From Candidatus Cloacimonadota bacterium (GTDB taxonomy: Bacteria; Cloacimonadota; Cloacimonadia; Cloacimonadales; WRIO01): DNA of 26,541 bases. The stretch is taken from positions 1 to 26,541 of the forward strand of contig JAKQQL010000124.1 of the NCBI GenBank assembly GCA_029564175.1, read 5' to 3'. This document shows, piece by piece, positions 19,224 to 26,541 of the stretch (its first letter is position 1; the number at the start of each line of letters is the position of its first letter). The notes under the pieces were generated by a model that was not told the DNA's origin, did not search any database, and saw nothing but the letters and a program-made list of their open reading frames with translations. The translations under genes and the position numbers were made by a program.

Positions 19224-19552
19224 TGTAATGTGACAACCCAAACTGCAATTGGAAAAGCAGTTTTTCAATCTGCATAACTTACAAATTAATAAACAGTTAG
19301 ATCGGTATTCCACTTTGAAAAGATAAATTGCAATTTATGCCGTTTTGCAGGAAAAAGTGACAATTATACTGAACATGAAGGGCGGTTTTACAGCCTGTTT
19401 CTCACTTGAAAATTTAGCTAACTGTTTTGTATTTAGACAGATAAAGTATTATTGAGAGTGTAGAAATTCTCCAGATTTTGCACTTAGAGAACTATCTACT
19501 TTATAGGACAGAATAGCTTCGTTTCCATTACCACAAACCGTAAAAATTAGTG

Positions 19553-21436
19553 GAGACTGTTCAACATAAACCCCTTTTTTATGCATATTCCAGATACTGA
19601 CTTTTATAGAAAGGGGTTGTTTGGCTCTATTTAATGAGAATTTGCTAAATTGACAAATACAGAATTTCTGATCGTTATTCTAAAGCCAAAACCAATGGCT
19701 ATTTTCAAAAGATCATTCAATTACAAGCGTTATTTGTATTCAATTGTCTTAAAAAATGACAGAAATTATAAGAAACAACATGTAAAATAGTGCTTTACAA
19801 AATATCTAAGTCATCTATTATGGCATCAATTACATTGGAAAAAAGGCGAGGTATTTATGAAAAAAAACACTCCAAAAACTTGAAGTAAACAGTTCTTTAA
19901 GGATTGAAGCCAGTGACTCTTCATTAAAACTTATTATCAATGAACTCTTTATTATCGAGTTAGTTAATAATAGCGATAACTTAAAGGTATTCAATATGTT
20001 ACTTAGTTTAATCAAGGTTGTTAAAATAGGTAAGAACTATTTTACACATCAGGAGATAGCCGATTCAACAGGATATAGTAACAGGCAAAATGGACATAAT
20101 TATGTCATGCAGTTCAATCAATGCGAGAAAGATTTTAAAACTTTTTTAACCAGAAAGTCTTTTCTTAAAGAAGAAAGAGATAAAATCCAACAACAAGTCA
20201 TCAATAACCTTTTATTACCTATCGATAAACATTATGAATCGTTCTGTAATGATAAATCAAACTCTAAAATCAGCAAACTGACTTTTCTTCATAAAATAGA
20301 TCAGATAAGTTCTGTAACAATTATTAAAAAAATACAATCTATCTTTATAAAAAACAATTTAAGTCAATCCATAGATATAAATCACCATCTTGATTTGTTA
20401 ATGCAGACGAATAAAATTGATAAAAAGGTTGACCCGGACATTAAAAGAACCAATAAAATCTATAAAGAGAATAATCCGTATATTGAATCAGAATATTTAA
20501 CTAAAATGGAGAAGTCTAATAAAAGCGTTCTGGTAAATTTTCTGTCTGCAAGCGGTTTAAACTTTGAAACAATAGCCATGCTTCTGGGAGTTTCCAAAGG
20601 AACTGTTTCAAATCTATTTCATCAGATAAAAGACATGCAGGCGTTATTGATTAATTCAATTAAATACTGGAGTGGAAAAATAAGTATCGACGAAAAATAT
20701 ATTAAACTCAATCAAGTTCCATATTATGTTATAACGATAGTGGATTATGACTTAGGCATTCCTTTGTATCAGGACATATACTATAATACTACTACAGAAG
20801 CTTATCAGCATTGTTTTCAGATGTTTAAACTGCATTATGGTATACCACGAATGATTGTAAGCGATGGAAGCAAACCTTTGTTTAAGGCAAGAGTGAAAGT
20901 ATTTCCGGAGACTCCGCATCAATTATGTAAATTTCATAAACTACGGAATTTAATCAAGGATCTTTATAAATCAAATATACCTGACTATTTAAAGCAATCA
21001 TTAAAAGAAAAAATTCTGAAAGTATTCAGAAGAAAATCATCAAAAAGCGTTAAGAAGGGGCTAAAACATTTAACAAAAATACTCCCTGTGAATCTGGCAA
21101 AACATATTTCAGAAAGAATACTCAAAAATTGGTCGTTTAGAAGAAAAGGACTTACTTCAAATGTTTCTGAAAGATACAACAGGAAAATTAATAAAGCAGT
21201 ATCAGGCCGATATGGTCTAAAGAACCTTGATACTGCGAGACAAATAGTTTTTTCACTTTGGATGAAAGAACTAATCCTGCATGGCAGACAGCAACTGCAT
21301 ACAGAATCTATGTTGTATAATCTGAATATAAGCAAAATTTGTCAAGCAACAATTCAGTGGGAAAAGGTTGGCACCCTTTTCTCAAAGTCATTAAATACTG
21401 CTGTTAGCTTTTAAGGTTTAAAAATTGAACAGTCTC
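19553..21436 (+). mobile_element. 1884-bp insertion sequence with a Mutator/IS256-like DDE transposase
   Basis: Perfect 12-bp terminal IRs GAGACTGTTCAA (19553-19564) and TTGAACAGTCTC (21425-21436) enclose the transposase. No flanking target duplication is visible. Confidence 0.85.
19857..21414 (+). CDS. DDE transposase (Mutator/IS256-like motifs); probable true start 19857 with a frameshift in an A8 tract
   Basis: ISIDEKY (D), IVSDG (D), HQLCKFH (CxxH) and TSNVSERYN (E), plus two HTH-like segments. The ATG at 19857 has a GAGG RBS and joins the 19996 ORF if A8 is read as A7. Confidence 0.75.
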
Positions 21437-21594
21437 TAACATTTATTTTAAAATTTTTAAAAATTTTGATTGACACATAAACAGCAATTTTTATTTTTTA
21501 AATCTAAGTTAGATAATAATTATAAGAATTATAATATATTGAACAACTGATTACTCATAAGTATAAATATTAATATAAAATACAAGGAGATTAT

Positions 21595-22341
21595 ATGGAT
21601 AAAGTAATCAAGTTCATATTAATAACAACACTATTTCTATTCATTTCAGTTCATTTATCATCACAGGCAGCTCTTGAAAGCGAATACGATTTACCTGATC
21701 AGTTCACCGATAATCACGATATTGAGATCAATATTGGATTTTCACAAATAAGCCCTAAATTTAAGTTTAAAAACTTTACGATACATAATATAAAAGAAAT
21801 GGAAAACTATCAATATCAATTACCTGATAGTCTTTTGTCAGATCTATCATTTGAAGAAATAATTCTTTTTATTTATGAAGATCCCACTATAGCTCCATAC
21901 AAGCCTAATTACATTTATGATGTAAATAATTTTAATGGTTTTAGAGAGCTGATAAGTCGCCCTTCATATAATGATGTATTAATTAAATTACTTGATGATT
22001 CTTGTCACAATCCAGCTAGATATTATTTTCTATCAAAATTATTACATGTGCTTTCTTTACAAAGTATTCAAGATTACTTAAGTAAAGAGTTAAAAAGTAA
22101 AATATTAATTACTTTTAGAGGTATTGTAAATATTGACTCTACATTGTATGAAGAGGAGATGGTAAAAGACAGTCGTTATGTACCACAAATATCTTTTTGC
22201 TTAATAGCTGGCACTTATTTACAATTTTATTATCATGATTATTTTGATCACCCTCATTTGGAAAGTTTAGGAAAATTAAGGGTTTCAAAAGAAACTTTGC
22301 TCAAAGATCTTGAGATGGTAATAAAGGAGAAATCAAAATGA
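21595..22341 (+). CDS. Hypothetical exported protein
   Basis: AAGGAG RBS, 248 aa, N-terminal signal-like hydrophobic stretch. No family recognised. Confidence 0.7.
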   Translation: MDKVIKFILITTLFLFISVHLSSQAALESEYDLPDQFTDNHDIEINIGFSQISPKFKFKNFTIHNIKEMENYQYQLPDSLLSDLSFEEIILFIYEDPTIAPYKPNYIYDVNNFNGFRELISRPSYNDVLIKLLDDSCHNPARYYFLSKLLHVLSLQSIQDYLSKELKSKILITFRGIVNIDSTLYEEEMVKDSRYVPQISFCLIAGTYLQFYYHDYFDHPHLESLGKLRVSKETLLKDLEMVIKEKSK

Positions 22342-22410
22342 AAGCATTAATTCTAACAATAATACAATCAAAAGACTAAACTTAAGATTTTTTTTCATAA
22401 TACTCTCCTA

Positions 22411-23904
22411 TTATTTTGTTAGCATCATTTTTTTGGTAAATGTGCCTTTTTTAGTTGTTAGTTTGCAGAAATAAATGCCTGTACTTAAATTATGATTATT
22501 ATTGTCTTTACCATCCCAAATCAATTGATGCTTGCCTGCTGAAAGCTGATCATTCGTAATATTTCTAACACATTGTCCTTTTATATTATAAATATATAAA
22601 GATACCTGACTATTGATATCAAGCTCAAAAGATATCGTTGTAGATGGGTTAAAAGGATTTGGGTAATTCGTTAGATTCATATTAAATGGTTTTGTTATTA
22701 CATCTGAAATAATTAGCGGATGATTATCTGAAAATGTTCCATCGCCGTTGTTAAATCTTGTATATAGAAAAGTACGAGCATCATAACTGTATGCAGCAAG
22801 AATGTAGTCAAGATCACCATCATTATCTAAATCAATATAATCATAATACGGGCTATAAATATTGCCTACTGGAGGAGGATATACTAAAAGGGCATAGGGT
22901 TCTCCAAGCTGAAACCCCTGAAGTGGGAAGATGACCGCATTGTAAATTATTTCTGGATTTTCATCAAAGTTTATATCTTTAAGCAAAACATTGAAAGATT
23001 GGAAATTATAGTACAATGGTAAATCATGAATTTCGAAAACGCCATTTCCACTGTTTTCAAATAATCGTATAACATTATTGTAAAAAAAATCTTTGATTAT
23101 GCATATAATATCTATATCGCCATCATGATCTAAATCGAAAGCGCTAAGATATTTGTAATTGTTTAAATAATCAGGATCTTGTATAGTTAAATATGGTTCA
23201 TTCAAATTTGGATATTGATACATTTTTAACTCAGAATTTTGTGTATGAAAGATAAACTCATCAGAAAAATCATTGTTCATATTTGTGATAATGGGTTTCG
23301 CGTATGACATACTACATGAATGAGAATTGTCTTCTTCAATAAAATGACCATTTGTATCATTAATGAATAGATTAAAATTACCATTGTAATAAAATAAAAA
23401 ATCTGTAAAATCATCATTATTCCACTTTAGTTCTTTATAATAACCACATGGTATAAATGAAGGCACATTGTATTCTGTATAATTATCATGATCAAAATAA
23501 CCGCCCTGGTTGAGGTAAACTCTAAATTTTGATAGAAAACTATTGCTCCCATCATTATAAGTTACAGGAAAATACAAATCAGGATAACCATCATTATTAA
23601 GATCACTTAAGGTAGAAGAAGTAACATGTCCAACAACAACAAGTGTATCTAAAATAGTATAATTTCCAATACCATCATTTTGCAATATATAAATTAATGG
23701 TTGTGGATAAATATTTGCATTAAGAAATCCTACAACAATTTCGTTTAATCCATCATGATTTATGTCTCCGACTGAAATATCTGATACCTCTCTGGTTGCA
23801 ATAGGAAAAGTAATGAATGATGCTGATAATAAACTAAATAAGAAAAACATACAAAGTACGATGAAAATTGCTTTTATATTACAATTTAATATTTTATCGA
23901 TCAT
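22411..23904 (-). CDS. Secreted FG-GAP/VCBS-repeat protein with FlgD-Ig/sorting-type C-terminal domain
   Basis: GGAGG RBS, signal peptide, DINHDG/DLNNDG/DLDHDGD/DLDNDGD repeats, and NYPNPFNPSTTISF...WDGKD...GIYF tail. Confidence 0.85.
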   Translation of the reverse strand: MIDKILNCNIKAIFIVLCMFFLFSLLSASFITFPIATREVSDISVGDINHDGLNEIVVGFLNANIYPQPLIYILQNDGIGNYTILDTLVVVGHVTSSTLSDLNNDGYPDLYFPVTYNDGSNSFLSKFRVYLNQGGYFDHDNYTEYNVPSFIPCGYYKELKWNNDDFTDFLFYYNGNFNLFINDTNGHFIEEDNSHSCSMSYAKPIITNMNNDFSDEFIFHTQNSELKMYQYPNLNEPYLTIQDPDYLNNYKYLSAFDLDHDGDIDIICIIKDFFYNNVIRLFENSGNGVFEIHDLPLYYNFQSFNVLLKDINFDENPEIIYNAVIFPLQGFQLGEPYALLVYPPPVGNIYSPYYDYIDLDNDGDLDYILAAYSYDARTFLYTRFNNGDGTFSDNHPLIISDVITKPFNMNLTNYPNPFNPSTTISFELDINSQVSLYIYNIKGQCVRNITNDQLSAGKHQLIWDGKDNNNHNLSTGIYFCKLTTKKGTFTKKMMLTK

Positions 23905-24077
23905 AAAAATCCCCTCCAGTTTTAAGTTTATGTCTCAGATGTTGGTGCAATACTCCAACCCTTTGTTTCAAGTCAATACAAGAATTTATTCTCTTCTTAA
24001 TATAGACGTTGCTAACAATTAAAAAAACATAGTTTATTAGTCAAGATATTTTTTAAAAAGTTAATTTAAGATAGGTG

Positions 24078-24155
24078 GAGACTGTTAAATTTTTAAGCCT
24101 TAGAAGCCAACTGCGATATTTAATGACTTTGAGAAAAGGGAATTTAACCTTATTT
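24078..24155 (-). mobile_element. Inverted, diverged remnant of the right end of the 19553-21436 IS
   Basis: GAGACTGTTAAATTTTTAAGCCTTAGAAGCCAACTGCGATATTTAATGACTTTGAGAAAAGGG aligns with the revcomp of 21374-21436 (GAGACTGTTCAATTTTTAAACCTTAAAAGCTAACAGCAGTATTTAATGACTTTGAGAAAAGGG). Confidence 0.85.
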
Positions 24156-24281
24156 CACAGTGATAAAAGATGATGCAATCATTTATTTATAAGTTTATGA
24201 TTATCAAGGAAAAAGTAATATTTCCATGAAGGTAGTTTTTAATATTCGCATTGATAAAAATCCGTTAAGACGTCAATATCC

Positions 24282-24334
24282 GTACTACAAGCGTCCCGTT
24301 TGTAGAAAAGCTGCAAGCAGGATGCTTACAGTAC
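24282..24334. repeat. Inverted REP pair (REPIN-like)
   Basis: GTACTACAAGCGTCCCGTTTGTAG-AAAAG-CTGCAAGCAGGATGCTTACAGTAC. Confidence 0.75.
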
Positions 24335-24949
24335 GATCCGTTAAGCCGAAGTGAAACCCGATTGGGTGTGAACAGCCGCATGTTTTAAGCTAAAAGCATA
24401 CTTATATACTTTGCTAAACTATCAGCAAGTTTGCGGTGGAGTCTAAGAGAGTGGCCAAGGCAGGATTTTTATAACAGCGCTTGAATTTCTTCGTTTCTAT
24501 TTTCAAGAAAAGAAATGAGGAGTTGATTTTAATAATAAGATTATTGTAACTACTCAGGAGGTTTGATCTACAGTATGCCAATGGTTAACAATATTTCCCG
24601 GCAAACATACCAGTACCAAAAACCTGTCATTCTGTGCGAAACGCAATCGCGAAGCGCTTAGCGGAAAGTAGTGTAGCAAAGAACAATCTCCTATATGACC
24701 CCTTGCATTTAAAATTTTACTATCATTTCACCTTCTATAATCCTGTCACTCCTTCGGGGATTAATGGAATAGAAACCATATTCTTTTTTATGCAGGAAGC
24801 GTATCAGGGAGACCCGGCGGACTTCGTCCTAATGAATAAGGAATAATGCTGTTAAGAATTGCTCATGATGACAAGCTTTCAGATTTTTCATTTATTTCTG
24901 CTGACTTTTTGAAAAACCCTCATTTTTAAAATAAAATATAGCTTTTGCA

Positions 24950-25011
24950 AAAAAAAACGGAAGAAAAACACAGAAATATGCATTTTTGTCAGGGTAATAT
25001 AGATAGAGGGT
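24950..25011 (+). repeat. Direct repeat copy 2 (32-bp identical core)
   Basis: Matches 19164-19223. Confidence 0.9.
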
Positions 25012-25074
25012 ATTTGGAACTAATAAATCAGAAAATAATAAAAATGTGATGTTGATTAAAACGGAGTGTTTAAT

Positions 25075-25105
25075 AGAGAAGAAGGTACACCAGTAGGATT
25101 CAAAC
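25075..25105 (-). repeat. Degenerate duplicate of the tRNA-Lys 3' end
   Basis: AGAGAAGAAGGTACAC-CAGTAGGATTCAAAC versus AGAGAAGATGGTACACCCAGTAGGATTCGAAC (25147-25178). Confidence 0.8.
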
Positions 25106-25114
25106 ACAATAAAT

Positions 25115-25137
25115 CGCAAGCTGGTAGCTTACGGTAC
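25115..25137 (-). repeat. Single REP-like palindrome
   Basis: Revcomp is GTACCGTAAGCTACCAGCTTGCG, the same family as the copies at 3965 and 11220. Confidence 0.7.
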
Positions 25138-25154
25138 AACTTGAAGAGAGAAGA

Positions 25155-25230
25155 TGGTACACCCAGTAGGATTCGAACCTACGACCCACTGATTAAGAGT
25201 CAGTTGCTCTACCAACTGAGCTATGGATGC
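25155..25230 (-). tRNA. tRNA-Lys (anticodon CTT)
   Basis: GCATCCATAGCTCAGTTGGTAGAGCAACTGACTCTTAATCAGTGGGTCGTAGGTTCGAATCCTACTGGGTGTACCA: 76 nt with D-arm, TTCGA loop and encoded CCA. Confidence 0.96.
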
Positions 25231-25242
25231 CCATTTGATTCC

Positions 25243-25270
25243 ACAATATAAAGGTCATTTTTTTTGTCAA
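25243..25270 (-). promoter_or_regulatory. Putative tRNA promoter
   Basis: Minus strand reads TTGACA-N16-TATTGT just upstream of the tRNA. Confidence 0.5.
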
Positions 25271-25405
25271 CAGAAATAATTTTGAATCTAACTTTTTCAG
25301 AAAAAAAGAAAGGGAATTAACACAAAAAAAATGTAAAAAGGCTTGACAAAGATTGACTTAAATTTGAAAATTGTCAAAAATATAAAAAACAATAAAGGAG
25401 TTAGA

Positions 25406-26541
25406 ATGGAATCAATGCCTTATGCAGAACCCTGGCGAATCAAGATGATTGAGCAGATGAAAATGCTTACTCGTGAAGAGAGAGCTCAGAAGATTGAAGC
25501 AGCTGAGTATAACCTCTTTAATCTCAAGGCAGAAGACGTTTATATTGACCTGCTGACAGATTCCGGAACAGGTGCGATGTCCGATCAGCAATGGTCTGCC
25601 CTGATGATGGGAGATGAATCTTATGCAGGTTCGAAGAGCTTTCTCAAGCTGAAAGATACCATAAAAGAATTGCTGGGTTTTCCTTATATGTTGCCGACCC
25701 ATCAGGGAAGAGCTACTGAAAATGTGCTTTTTTCTGCTATGGTAAAGGATAATGATGTAATCCCTGGAAATGCTCATTTTGACACAACAAAAGGTCATAT
25801 CGAATTTCGCAGGGCTCACGCGATTGATTGTGGAATTGATGAAGCCGGTGATGTTAGTCTGTACCATCCCTTTAAAGGCAATATTGATTGTCAAAAATTA
25901 GAAAAGTGTATTCTTGATTCAGGTGTAGAAAGAGTGCCATTGGTTGTTTTAACCGTTACCTGTAACACCGGTGGTGGACAGCCGGTTTCCATGCAGAATA
26001 TTAAAGACGTCGCTACTATTTGTAAAAAATATCAGATTCCCCTGATTTTTGATTCAGCCCGTTTTGCTGAAAATGCGTATTTTATAAAAACCAGAGAAGA
26101 AGGTTATGCCGATAAAAGCATTAAAGAGATCGTTAAAGAAATGTTCACTTATGCAGATGGCATGACAATGAGTTCCAAGAAAGACGGTATCGTCAATATT
26201 GGCGGATTTATCGGTTTAAAAGATGAAAAGCTTTTTCAGGCATGCACTGTATATAATATCATGTTTGAAGGATTTATTACTTACGGTGGTATGGCAGGCA
26301 GAGATATGGCCGCTTTAGCTGTTGGTCTGAATGAATCTACTGAGTATGATTATCTGCATGCCAGAATTTCTCAGATTCAATATTTGGGACAGAAATTGAA
26401 AGAAGCTGGTATCCCTTTGCTTGAACCATTTGGTGGTCATGCAATATATGTAGATGCAAAATCCTTCTTATCTCATATTCCTCAATTACAGTATCCTGCT
26501 CAAGTCTTGGGTGTAGAACTTTATATTGAAGCTGGTGTTCG
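25406..26541 (+). CDS. tnaA: Tryptophanase (PLP-dependent beta-eliminating lyase), truncated by the window end
   Basis: Absent from the ORF track; translated by hand: MESMPYAEPWRIKM...VYIDLLTDSGTGAMSDQQW...GDESYAGS...THQGR...HFDTTKGHIE...MSSKKDG. FDTT favours tryptophanase over tyrosine phenol-lyase (FTTT). AAGGAG RBS. Confidence 0.85.
   Translation, partial: MESMPYAEPWRIKMIEQMKMLTREERAQKIEAAEYNLFNLKAEDVYIDLLTDSGTGAMSDQQWSALMMGDESYAGSKSFLKLKDTIKELLGFPYMLPTHQGRATENVLFSAMVKDNDVIPGNAHFDTTKGHIEFRRAHAIDCGIDEAGDVSLYHPFKGNIDCQKLEKCILDSGVERVPLVVLTVTCNTGGGQPVSMQNIKDVATICKKYQIPLIFDSARFAENAYFIKTREEGYADKSIKEIVKEMFTYADGMTMSSKKDGIVNIGGFIGLKDEKLFQACTVYNIMFEGFITYGGMAGRDMAALAVGLNESTEYDYLHARISQIQYLGQKLKEAGIPLLEPFGGHAIYVDAKSFLSHIPQLQYPAQVLGVELYIEAGV

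Noticed and set aside
19107..19313. Short minus-strand ORFs sharing TLYLYYPDKNAYFC (also 24892-25119)
   Set aside because: The similarity is confined to the DNA direct repeat and there is no clear RBS. A peptide role is not fully excluded.
1822..24022. Short overlapping ORFs (1822, 2042, 2115, 4268, 5288, 5614, 12973, 15182, 16875, 19830, 20985, 23762)
   Set aside because: They are alternate-frame or antisense shadows of well-supported genes.
24634..24846. 70-aa ORF
   Set aside because: GTG start without an RBS, and it runs through palindromic repeat modules.
25066..25251. 61-aa ORF with an internal repeat
   Set aside because: It overlaps tRNA-Lys, and the repeat reflects the tRNA 3' duplication.
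25412..25894. 160-aa minus-strand ORF
   Set aside because: It is the antisense shadow of tryptophanase.
25406..26541. Tyrosine phenol-lyase assignment, or a tnaC leader peptide
   Set aside because: The FDTT motif favours tryptophanase, and no Trp-containing leader ORF was seen between the tRNA and the gene.

Overview
AT-rich bacterial window, probably from Candidatus Cloacimonadota or a related FCB-group lineage. This is an inference from two secreted proteins ending in the 'YPNPFNPST...IYN(V/I)KGQ...WDGKD...GIYF' FlgD-Ig/sorting-type tail. Left to right: (1) the end of a frameshifted IS5-family element that interrupts a host gene; (2) an operon of YciI, GHMP sugar kinase, GlmU-N-like nucleotidyltransferase, Gfo/Idh/MocA oxidoreductase and MATE transporter; (3) a histidine kinase and NtrC-type regulator divergent from a sigma-54 promoter driving a small membrane protein and a MacAB-like exporter; (4) TetR with its operator and a secreted FG-GAP/PKD/LamG protein; (5) an AT-rich accessory block (~19.1-25.1 kb) beside tRNA-Lys(CTT); (6) tryptophanase, cut by the window end. 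The accessory block holds a Mutator/IS256-like IS and an inverted remnant of its right end. Both right ends sit exactly 33 bp upstream of a TTGAC(A/T) box, which suggests promoter-targeted insertion. A GTAN-headed REP/REPIN family occurs in at least five intergenic regions. No CRISPR array or recognisable defence system was seen.
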